Positions 1 through 18,300 of a stretch of DNA of 53,524 nucleotides are shown here, piece after piece. The stretch lies in contig CAVAHB010000061.1 in NCBI GenBank assembly GCA_963588415.1, positions 1 to 53,524 on the forward strand, given 5' to 3'. Position 1 is the first letter of the stretch. Each line of letters starts with the position of its first letter. Below the pieces are notes generated by a model, which did no database searches, was not told where the DNA came from, and saw nothing but the letters and a program-made list of their open reading frames with translations. This DNA comes from Faecalibacterium sp. CAG:74. GTDB lineage: Bacteria > Verrucomicrobiota > Kiritimatiellia > RFP12 > UBA1067. The position numbers were made by a program, and so were the translations under genes.

Positions 1-36
1 CCGCGTGACCGAATAAATAGGTTTTGCAATTGCCTA

Positions 37-126
37 AGCCGTGTAGATTTGTAGAAATGTAGAGTTGGGGGGGGGAGAGGGGGCGGGGGTTTGACCACAG
101 AACACACAGAAGCCGCCTTCGGCGGC
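37..126 (+). repeat. Direct repeat copy 1. It has 3x GTAGA at 8-bp spacing, a variable G-tract, the CACAGAACACACAGAA word and a GC hairpin. It lies upstream of the AAA ATPase gene.
   Basis: Positions 37-66 (agccgtgtagatttgtagaaatgtagagtt) are identical to 1740-1769. Positions 90-116 (tttgaccacagaacacacagaagccgc) are identical to 1785-1811. Both copies end in a GCCGC(C)-TTC-(G)GCGGC hairpin (112-126 here). The G-tracts between the blocks differ in length. Confidence 0.9.
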
Positions 127-330
127 ATACAGAAGACACTGAAAGCCGGGGTGGGTTTCCGTCGGCGGGCAAGTTCAGTGTGTTCAGTGACCCGCGAAGC
201 GGGTTTCAGTGTGTTCAGTGGTAAAACACCCCGCCCGCGCCGTGCTGTCGGAAAAAGTGGCAAAAACGCCGTCGCGCAATTCGGAAAAGTGGCAAAAACG
301 GCCTTTCGCGACTTGAAAAAGTGGCGGAAC
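96..330. promoter_or_regulatory. Array of paired or tripled 16-19 nt words recurring about every 31-33 bp, interleaved with GC-rich hairpins. Candidate iteron or operator array.
   Basis: CACAGAACACACAGAA at 96-111 and the related ACAGAAGACACTGAAAG at 129-145. TTCAGTGTGTTCAGTG at 174-189 and 205-220; its reverse complement CACTGAACACACTGAA differs from the first word at only 2 positions. GAAAAAGTGGCAAAAACG at 251-268, GGAAAAGTGGCAAAAACG at 283-300, GAAAAAGTGGCGGAAC at 315-330. Hairpins at 112-126 and 190-204 (ACCCGC-GAA-GCGGGT). Confidence 0.6.
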
Positions 331-342
331 TTATGGTAGAAT
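313..342 (+). promoter_or_regulatory. Putative sigma70-type promoter of the ATPase gene (TTGAAA, 18-bp spacer, TGgTAGAAT).
   Basis: TTGAAA at 313-318, 18-bp spacer, extended -10 TGGTAGAAT at 334-342. An SD-like GGAG sits at 355-358 before the ATG at 366. The -35 element overlaps the third GAAAAAGTGGC word. Confidence 0.5.
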
Positions 343-365
343 ATCCGCGTATCTGGAGATAAAGG

Positions 366-1709
366 ATGATTCGTCGCAAAATAGAAGCGGAATTGGACGC
401 CTTTCTTTCCCGCAACGGGAAAGAAGCCCTTCTCATATCCGGTGCGCGGCAGGTCGGGAAGACGTTCAGCATCCGCGAGTTCGCCCGGCGGCACTATTCC
501 AACTTCGTTGAAATCAACTTCATCAAGAACCCGAAGGCGAAGGCCCTTTTCGCCGCGACGACAAGCGAACGCGAATTCTTCACCATCCTTTCAACCCTTA
601 CGGACGTGCCGCTCGTTCCGCACGAGACGCTCGTCTTCCTTGACGAAGTTCAGGTCTGCCCCGAAGCCGTCACGTTCATCAAGTTTCTCGTCGATGACGG
701 ACAGTTCCATTACATTTTGAGCGGTTCGTTGCTCGGCATCGAACTCAAGGGCGTCCGATCCGTTCCCGTCGGCTATTTGCGCGAAGTGACCATGTATCCG
801 CTCGACCTCGAGGAATTTTTCCGTGCGAACGGCATTGGGGACGACGTCATCGGGGTCGTGCGTGACCGATGCCAAAGCGGCGGGACGATTCCGTCCCCCG
901 TCCATGACAGGCTGATGAAACTCTTTCGCCTTTATCTCGTCGTCGGCGGGATGCCGGCCGTCGTTCAGTCCTATCTCGATACGAACGACCTCCGTGAAGT
1001 CATGCGCATCCAGCAGGCCATCGTCACGGAATACAAGAAGGATGCGTCCCGATACGACGAGACGGAGCGCATGAAGATCGTCCGGACGCTGGAACTGATT
1101 CCAGCCGAACTCAACCGACCGAACAAGCGGTTCTTTCTGAACGACATCAGGGAAAACGTCAAGTTCAGCCGTCTTGAGGACAATTTCATCTGGCTCGACA
1201 AGGCGGGAATCGCAATACCCGTTTTCAACGTCGATGCGCCGACGCTGCCGCTCGAACTGGCAAAGAAGGCGAATCTTTTCAAACTCTTTCTCTGCGACGT
1301 TGGGCTTCTCGCCGGCCTCTATGCCGAGGGAATTCAGCTTCGCATACTCACGAAGGCCGAATCCGTCAACTTCGGCGCCATTTACGAGAACTTCGTCGCG
1401 CAGGAATTGCGCGCGCACGGCTATCGCTCGATTTACTATTTCAATTCGAAAAGGCACGGCGAAGTCGATTTCCTGATTGAGAACGGGGGGCGCGTTCTGC
1501 CGATTGAAGTCAAGTCGGGGAAGGACTACAGGCGGCATGCCGCGCTGGACAACGTGCTTTCCGTCGGGGACTACGGGTTGACGAACGCCCGCGTTCTGTG
1601 CGACGATTCGTATGTTGAAAGGGGGACCGTTTCCTATTTCCCCATCTATGCGACCCTTTTCATCCAGCACAACCCGCTGCCCGACCGCCTGATCTACAAG
1701 GTCGGGTAA
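366..1709 (+). CDS. AAA+ ATPase with a C-terminal DUF4143/PD-(D/E)xK-like domain (AAA_14 + DUF4143, COG1373-type).
   Basis: 447-aa ORF. Walker A is GARQVGKT. Walker B-like motif is LVFLDEVQ. The C-terminal GEVDFLI...LPIEVKSG matches a D...E-x-K nuclease-fold signature. Confidence 0.88.
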   Translation: MIRRKIEAELDAFLSRNGKEALLISGARQVGKTFSIREFARRHYSNFVEINFIKNPKAKALFAATTSEREFFTILSTLTDVPLVPHETLVFLDEVQVCPEAVTFIKFLVDDGQFHYILSGSLLGIELKGVRSVPVGYLREVTMYPLDLEEFFRANGIGDDVIGVVRDRCQSGGTIPSPVHDRLMKLFRLYLVVGGMPAVVQSYLDTNDLREVMRIQQAIVTEYKKDASRYDETERMKIVRTLELIPAELNRPNKRFFLNDIRENVKFSRLEDNFIWLDKAGIAIPVFNVDAPTLPLELAKKANLFKLFLCDVGLLAGLYAEGIQLRILTKAESVNFGAIYENFVAQELRAHGYRSIYYFNSKRHGEVDFLIENGGRVLPIEVKSGKDYRRHAALDNVLSVGDYGLTNARVLCDDSYVERGTVSYFPIYATLFIQHNPLPDRLIYKVG

Positions 1710-1739
1710 GTGCCGCGCCGGTGACTTGGTTTTTGTTTT

Positions 1740-1819
1740 AGCCGTGTAGATTTGTAGAAATGTAGAGTTGGGGGGCGGGGGAGTTTTGACCACAGAACAC
1801 ACAGAAGCCGCTTCGCGGC
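1740..1819 (+). repeat. Direct repeat copy 2, downstream of the ATPase gene and immediately upstream of the pseudopilin promoter.
   Basis: Same 30-nt and 27-nt blocks as 37-126. The G-tract is shorter (G6-C-G5 versus G9-AGA-G5-C-G5). Hairpin GCCGC-TTC-GCGGC at 1807-1819. Confidence 0.9.
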
Positions 1820-1832
1820 GCACGGAAGGTGC

Positions 1833-1862
1833 TTGCAAGGTACGGGCGGGTTGTGCTATAAT
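1833..1862 (+). promoter_or_regulatory. Putative sigma70-type promoter (TTGCAA, 18-bp spacer, TGcTATAAT).
   Basis: TTGCAA at 1833-1838 and extended -10 TGCTATAAT at 1854-1862. The -10 ends 5 nt before GTG 1868 and 11 nt before ATG 1874. Confidence 0.6.
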
Positions 1863-1867
1863 TCAAG

Positions 1868-2872
1868 GTGATAATGAAAATAAGGATGACTATGCCCTTG
1901 AATGATTTCGTCCGGGCGGCGGCGTTTTGCCGTCGGGCGCACGCGGCGTTCACGCTGATTGAACTGCTGGTGGTGATCGGCATCATCGGGATTCTCGCCG
2001 GCGTGATGGCCGTCGCGTTCGGTGGCGCGACGGAATCGGCGCACGCCGCGCAATGTCTCTCGAACATGAAGAGCCTCGCGCAGGCCGCGAACGCCACGGC
2101 CATGCGGGGCAACTGGTATCCGTCGGCCGGCGCCTTCGAATACGTTGAAATCGTCGGCAGGAAGACCGGCTACTTCGAAAGCAAGGGCTGGATCAACTGG
2201 CTTTCGAATCGCGGCGACCCCTATCGGAAGCAGTCCGGCGAAGGCTATGCCACGAGCCACCAGTCCGTCGAGATCTGCCCGTTCTACGGCACGGGGACGG
2301 AGGACGACGCGACGTTCGCGATTACGAACGGTGCGATTTGGACGGCGACGGGCAAGAACCGTTCGATCTACACGTGTCCGACGCACGTGCGCTACCGTCA
2401 GGATCAGAAGATGACGGCGCCCAACTGGAGCTACGTGATGAACGCGAAGTTCGGCTATGACTATTCGCAGGGAGCGCGTGCGGTGGGCGGCGGCATCCGC
2501 TACGGCAGCCTTTCGCGCGCCGACCGTACGCTGATGTTCGCTGAACTGCCGATGTGGACGATCGAGGGCAATGTGACGAGTCCCGTGGCGGACGGCGACG
2601 GCTACGCGGCGGACTGCACCCTGCAATACAAGGCCACGGTGAGCAGCGGAACCTACGGTTCGAGCTGGGGAGGGACGCCCGAGGCGATCGGGTTCAACCA
2701 CCGGGTCGGCAAGCGCAACTTCGTCGGGCACGTCGCCTACGCCGACGGGCATGTGGCGAAAATCACCTACGTGGAAAACGGCGGACTCGACGCCAAACAG
2801 CTGACGGCGCTCCTGTGCGAGGGCAAGGACGTTGCCTTTGACGGACAGACCTACAAGGAGTTAAAAGATTAA
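1868..2872 (+). CDS. Prepilin-type N-terminal cleavage/methylation domain protein, DUF1559-like pseudopilin.
   Basis: The N-terminal AFTLIELLVVIGIIGILAGV is the class III signal/methylation motif. The C-terminal H-x9-DG-like HVAYADGHV is typical of the PVC DUF1559 family. The true start is ambiguous (GTG 1868, ATG 1874, 1886 or 1892). Confidence 0.9.
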   Translation: MIMKIRMTMPLNDFVRAAAFCRRAHAAFTLIELLVVIGIIGILAGVMAVAFGGATESAHAAQCLSNMKSLAQAANATAMRGNWYPSAGAFEYVEIVGRKTGYFESKGWINWLSNRGDPYRKQSGEGYATSHQSVEICPFYGTGTEDDATFAITNGAIWTATGKNRSIYTCPTHVRYRQDQKMTAPNWSYVMNAKFGYDYSQGARAVGGGIRYGSLSRADRTLMFAELPMWTIEGNVTSPVADGDGYAADCTLQYKATVSSGTYGSSWGGTPEAIGFNHRVGKRNFVGHVAYADGHVAKITYVENGGLDAKQLTALLCEGKDVAFDGQTYKELKD

Positions 2873-2912
2873 CAATTTTCCGAGACTTTTCGCCCCGTCG
2901 AAGACCCTGCAG

Positions 2913-11834
<8,922 letters not shown>

Positions 11835-11884
11835 CACTTGCGCAAGGACGACGGATTATGATACAATTCAAGGGAGTAAGAACG

Positions 11885-12289
11885 ATGAAAAGGGCATTTC
11901 AGAGAAAATGGGTGCTTGCGGCGGCGATTTCGATTGCCGCCGCCGGGTGCGATTGTAAGCGGGTTGAAAGCCAGACCGCCGCGCCGACGAACGCGCCGGC
12001 GGTCTCGCAATCCGATTCGGCCTACCGTGCGCGGCTCGACGCGCAGGTCGCGGAACGCACCCGGCTGACCGCCGTCCGCGGCCGCCTCGTCGTGCAGATG
12101 GAGGCGATGATTGAGGCCGAGCGCCGGGCGCGGCCCGGTGCGGACGACGCGGCAATCAAGGCCGCGTTGGAGGAAAAGCCCGAATGGAAGTCGCTCTACG
12201 GCAGGGTCGTGGACGTCAACGCGGCGCTTGAGGACAATCGCCAGCAGTCGATGGCCGTCGTCAGAAAACAACTGACGGGGAAACGGTAA
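11885..12289 (+). CDS. Small predicted lipoprotein (134 aa), helical/coiled-coil-like, function unknown.
   Basis: MKRAFQRKWVLAAAISIAAAGC has a lipobox-like AAAG|C. SD-like GGGAG lies 8-12 nt upstream of ATG 11885. The longer tracked ORF (from 11270) overlaps the giant gene in another frame and is not credible. Confidence 0.7.
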   Translation: MKRAFQRKWVLAAAISIAAAGCDCKRVESQTAAPTNAPAVSQSDSAYRARLDAQVAERTRLTAVRGRLVVQMEAMIEAERRARPGADDAAIKAALEEKPEWKSLYGRVVDVNAALEDNRQQSMAVVRKQLTGKR

Positions 12290-12316
12290 GGCAGCAGGAG
12301 TAAGGAAGATTTCAAG

Positions 12317-15300
12317 ATGAGGAAGTTGATCATGATGAAAAGGTTCATTCTTTCGTGTGCGGTGGCGGCATTCGCCGGCATTTCGGTTCTGGCGGAAGAC
12401 GCCGACCTCCGCTCCATCGACGCGGTGGGCGACTCGACTGTCTCCTACCCGAACGGTACGAGTCCCCTGAACGCGGGGCAGACGTTCTACATTCTCGTGC
12501 GTCTGCTGAACCAGGACTATGGCGAAACGATTGCTGGTGGAACGCCCCATCCGTGGTATTTCAAGTCGCTTACGGCCGGTTCGACGAATCTCGTCGAATA
12601 CATCGACAGGCCGATGCTCGCCCTTTCCATCGGCGGCAAGCGCGCCTACGCCGAATATACCTCGACAGGGCCGAAGGGCGAACTGAGCGGCCTCAACCGG
12701 GAGAAGGATGCCAACGGAAAGTTTGGCTACTACACCGACTTCTACTTCAAGCACACCGTGGAGGCGGGCGAACTCGGTCTTCCCGTGAAGCTGCTCGGCA
12801 AGAATGACGACCGCAAGGTCGGCGACGGTTCGTCCGAGGTGTTGATGGTCAACGTCAACACGGGGACGGACACCTACAACACATGGGATTTGACGAACGG
12901 CAGCACGAGCCCGCGCAATGCGGTGCTGAAGTTCGTGAACAACGGTGATATTAAACGCAACGTCATGTATCCCTCGACCCCCCACACCGCGCCGCGCACG
13001 GATGCGTCGCTTGCGGCGGAGGGCATCTACGTGCAAACGGTCGATTTCGATTCCGTCTACGACGACGAGGAGGCGGGCGTGTGGCGCGACGTCTACCCCG
13101 GGCTTTCGTCCGCCGTGCTCAATGCGCCTCGCCTGACGGGTTCGGGTCCGGCCACGGTCTACGTCTGGTCCGAGAATGAAGACGTGTTCGTCCCGGCCGG
13201 CAACAACGTGACGAACGTCAACGGAACGACGGTTCTTCCCGTCACGATCGGCAGCGGCGAGTCGTCCGCGTCGTTCAAGTTGCGCGGCGGTTCGGCGGAG
13301 GAAGGCACGACCTGCAAGATCTACATGAGTTCCACAACGTCGGCGGGTTATACCGACGTTGGCGATGAGATGGCGAACTCGACGGTTTCGCGCACGATTC
13401 GGATGCACGCCGCCCCTTCGCCGACCGTCACCTTCCGCCTGAACGGCGAAGACGACCGCGCCACCGTGACCTGTCCGACGACCAACTACTACGACCACGT
13501 GGCCCAGCTGACCGTGCGCCTTACGCCGGCCGTCGAGCACGATGTGTGGGTTGAACTCACGGCGAATCTGAACGGCACGGGCTATTTGTCGGACATCTAC
13601 GACGCGACGCTCCTCGGCATCAGCGAAAACGACGGCGGAACCGCCTATGAGAACCGGACGACGAAGGTCAGGATCCCGGCGGGTGAAAGCGTCGTCCAAC
13701 TCTATCTCTATTCGCTCGGTTGGACGAGCAAGACCGGCAGTTCGCAGCGCGGCATCGTCTTTGCGCCCGGCAAGATCTGCACCGACGAGGGAATGACGAT
13801 AGAAGACGGTGAAGTCTCGGCGAATTCGTCGGGCTGCACCCTGTTCGTGAACAGCGTCAGGCCGACGATTCTCAGCGTCGAGCCGGGCTACCCGACCGGC
13901 ACGGCGACGGCGGTCGGCGGCGTTCCGGCCGAGTTCCGCGTCACGCTCGCCGACTGCTACCGGAACAAGATGGACGAGGATACGGGCTATACGTTCAAGT
14001 GGACGTCGAGCGACAGTGAGGAACTGGAAGATTCCCCTGAAAAGGTGGAGGAGGACGGCGTTTTCACGCTCGACCAGACGTTCGTCCAGGCCGGGACGAA
14101 GACGATTAAACTTCGCGCGGTCGCCCCGTTCAACAATTCTTCGTCGGACACCGTCGAGTTCGAGCTCGTGGTCGGCAAGGCGAAACAGGTCACGGCGACC
14201 CTTCCGGGCGAGCAGCCGTGGCGCGTGGCCGAAGGCACGAGCCTGCCCGTGACGTTCGCCCTGGAGGGCGGCACGTCGAGTTCGACGACATACGCCTTCC
14301 TCGAACCGATCGACGAGGCGAGTTCGAATGCGGTCGACCTGTCGGTCGCGCCGTTTAAGACGGGCGTCGCGATTCCGAAGGGAACGTCGGCGGCCAGCTT
14401 CCAGCCCGACGTCTCGTTCCTCGATGGTACGCGCTCGTGTGAGTTCACGGTGAAACTTTCGTCCAGGCAGGAGGAGTACAAGAAGGTTGCGGGCTTTGAA
14501 AACGGCACGCTCTACGTCGTCGTGACGAACGTGCAGCCCGTCGTGACGGCGGTGACGGCGGGCGGTCTGCCCGTCGACAACGGCGGCACGGCGCGGAGCG
14601 TCCCGAAGGGCGTCAACACCTCGTTCCAGCTGTCGGCGACGGATGTCGTGGCGGACCTGGACGCGACGGGGAACGATGCGTTCATGACGAAGTGGGTGAT
14701 TTACGACGGCACGGCGACGAACATCGAGACGAACGGGAATCCGAACGGCATGACCGTCACGCACATGTTCAAGAACGACACGGTCGGTAGCGAGGGTGCG
14801 CTCGTGCAGGTCTTCCTGAAGGACAAGGATATGGCGGATTATCCCACGACGCCCGACTGGTCGTTCCGCGTGCCGGTCGCCAGGACGCCGCGCGTGACGC
14901 TCGCCTACGAGAGCGAGGCCGATACGGGCATCTGGTACGAGAACGAGAAGAACGCCCATGGCCTCAAGGTCGGGCTTTCGCAGGCGGCGACGGCCGAGGT
15001 TCAGGTCCGCGTCAGGGTGCCGAAGGCCGAAGACGGCGGCTACGTCAAGTTGAAGACGCGCACGAACGTCGTCTGGGAAGACCCCGTCAACGAGGACTGC
15101 TACATCGTCAAGTTCCCGATCGGCACGACTTCGCAGACGCTGACGGTGACGGAACTGGACGGCACCTCCGATACGTCGGCGGGCATCGACGTCGAGGCGT
15201 TCGTCATCACGACGGACGATTCCGGCTACGGGAAGCCGTGGAACGAATACTACGAGGCGGCGTCGCCGATTGCGCCGACGCTGAAAGTCCTGAACGTCGC

Positions 15301-18300
15301 CCCCGAAGGCGCGACCGTGCCGGCGGACGGTTCGACGAACACGAGCGCCAAGGTCTATACCAACTACACCGTGAAATACAAGGTGAACAGCGACGTGGCG
15401 GCCGACCTCGCCGGCGGCATCACGGTCGTTCTTTCGGTGGATGGCGATGAAGTCGAGACGACGAACGTGACGGATACGGTTCGGCGCGAGTTCGCGACGC
15501 CCGTCACGTTCACCTCGCCCGGCCTGAAGACGGTCACGGTGACTTTCACCGACAAGGACGAGAACTCCTCGACCTGCACGTTTTACTACAACGTCATGGA
15601 GACGAAGACGGTCGTCGTCTCGGCACACGATCCGGCGGCGAAGCGCAGTTCCTCGAACGGACACTCCAATCGCTACGGCAGCAACGCCAAGGGCCTTGGC
15701 GCAGGTCGCGTGGACGGTGAATCGGTCGAGCCGCAGAAAGTCGAAGGCTGGGTCTCGACCTTCTCCCTTGCCGTCACGGAATCCACTTTCCCCGTCGTTG
15801 CGACGGGCTATCAGGTGTCCGATCCGGTGAACAACAAGATTAATACGAGCGGTCGAGGACCGCTTGCGACGGGCGATACGCCCTACACCTATCTCTCCGA
15901 TTCGCGCGGCAAGGCGGGCTACGACAGTTTCTTCTACGCCTGGGTCTGCAACAACACGAAGACTTCCGACGGTCTTGAACTCGACACGGACATCATGTTC
16001 GGTCCCGGAAAGTCGAATACGCTCCCGATTCCCCTGCAGGACTACGATCCTGAGAAGAGCGCCTACGACACGCAATACTGGGAAGCCGTCTTCTCGAGGG
16101 AATGGCTCGCGAGCGACAACTGCGGCGACATCAACGCCGACGGCATTCCTGACGTCGTCGTGACGAAATACACCGGTTTCGGCATTTTCGACGAGAGCCT
16201 GACGAAGTCCGGCAACGACCTTGAGGATCTTTCGACCTGGAACGATGACGCGGACTTCTTCCCCAACACGGATACTTCGTCGTCCGCCTCGTTCATTCCC
16301 GGTCTCTCCAACACGTGGGTGACGGCGGGGACGCCGTTCGAGGCGCGCTTCGAGATCCGCGGCTGGTATGATAAGGGCGGCGAAGCGTCGAAGGCTCTCA
16401 ATGACGCGCTGCAGCAACTCGGATTTCTGGATGTCACCGCCGACGTCAATTTCACCGACCCGGCGACGGATGCAACGTCAACCCTTTCGCCCCTCGAATG
16501 GTGGGCGTTCACAAACTACTGCGCGAAAGTCGGGCGCGAGCCGACCGACACCACGATTTGGGCGGGCGGTTCGGACGCCCTCGCCTGGTCGCCCGAACGA
16601 CCGACCGACCCGACGATGACCGATACTGACGGCGATACGTTGCCGGACGGCTACGAATACTACGTCTGGTATCGTGCGCACGTCGGCTACAGCGCGAACG
16701 GCGGCTATACGAAACTGACGGGGCGGCGGTATAATCCGAAAGACCCGATGCACCCCGAAATCATCACGTCGGAGGAAATCGCCGCGCTCTACGACCCGCG
16801 TCACGACCTTTCGGGCACGGGCAGCGTCGGTATCTATACCGATACGGATAACGACGGCCTCACGGATCTCGAAGAGTTCGCGCTCGGAACGAATCCCTTT
16901 GACTTCGACACGGATGGCGACGGTCTGCCGGACGGCTACGAACTCGCGATTTCAGAAACGGATCCCCTGAAGTCCGCTTCGCAGGAATCGACGGCCGAGT
17001 CGGACGGTCTTGCGAACCCGGACGGCGACGCGATGGCGTTCTACACGGTCAAGTTGCCGATGCTCGGTTTTGCCGAGGAGGGTTCGGACGAAGTTTCGGA
17101 ATGCTGGTTCGGTGACAATGCGTGGACGCTCTTCTCCGCCGACGCGAGCGGAGCCAATCCGAAGGTCTGCTATTTCGTGAACGGCGCGGACGGAACGCGG
17201 TATCTCGTCACCGACGCCATCGTCTCCTACAAGAGGGACACGGAGGCACAGACGGCGACCGTGACCGCTTCGCTGAATGCGTATTCGGCGTGGGCGACGG
17301 GGAAGGTCGATAACGTGACGTTCTACTATCCGGGCGATGCGGCGGCGACGGTCGATCTGAACGGACTAGCCCTTAACTACGCCAAGCCGACGGAACTCGA
17401 CGCGGGCAACATCTACAAGTCGTGGGACTACGACGAGGGGACGCGAGTCGCCGGGGTCACGTGCGGCGCGGACGACCTCAAGAACCTCCTCAATCGGACG
17501 GTCGCGCTCAGCGTGACGACGAATCTCACGTTCATGCACTTCCAGGTCTACCAGAAGCTGGGCTACAACCCGCTGACGGCGACCTACTGGGAGTTGCCGG
17601 CTCCGTGGGCGGCCGTGAACACGAAGCGGTTCACCAACTACGACGAATACATGCTGATGACCTTCCTCTACCGTCAGGGATTGATTGCGGATGCGGATCT
17701 CGTGCAGACGTCGAACAGGAAGATGATGGCGATTTGGGAGAAGTTCACCACAGATCCCCTCAAGGCGGACTCCTTCGGACACGACATACCCGACGGCTGG
17801 GAACTCTACACGCTCTATGCGCCGGGCACGGCCCCTGCGGGATTGAACTCCGAAGGTCTGGGCATCTCGTCGCTGGCGGGCATCTGCCCGGTCTTGGCCG
17901 ATCCCGATCCCGACAAGGACCAGCTTTCGTTCGCCGAGGAGTTTGCGGGCATCCTTTCGACCAGTTTCTACCCGGCGAGCGACTACTGCACGATTGCCGA
18001 ACTCAATGAAAAGCAGCTGAAGTGGCGCAACAAACTGTGGGCGACCGACCCCTGGAACGAGGATAGCGACGGCGACGGCATCACCGACGGCAACGAATAC
18101 GCGGAAGCCTTCGTCTACGGGACGGAGGGTGTCGCGGGCGGCGGCCTGAACCCGCTCTCGTGGGATACCGACGGCGACGGCCTGCCCGATCCGTGGGAAC
18201 TCGAGTTCGCGGGCACGCACTCGGAGAACGCATCGTCGTCGAGTTCGACGAATGAAACGGCCAGCACCGGATGGAACAACGACGGCATGGACGGCACGGT

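Noticed and set aside
91-339. 82-aa ORF covering the repeated-word region, and the 85-aa antisense ORF at 215-472.
   Set aside because: Both read straight through DNA-level repeats and hairpins. Neither has an SD, and their composition is typical of non-coding GC-rich sequence.
1697-1740. Rho-independent terminator after the ATPase gene (T-run GGTTTTTGTTTT at ~1728-1739).
   Set aside because: The preceding sequence gives only a weak, bulged stem (CAAG..CTTG) by eye. That is not enough support to annotate it.
37-1819. IS element or transposon with target-site duplication.
   Set aside because: No transposase is present and there are no terminal inverted repeats. The 80-90 bp direct repeats are far longer than typical TSDs. 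I kept this only as a cassette/recombination hypothesis in the findings.
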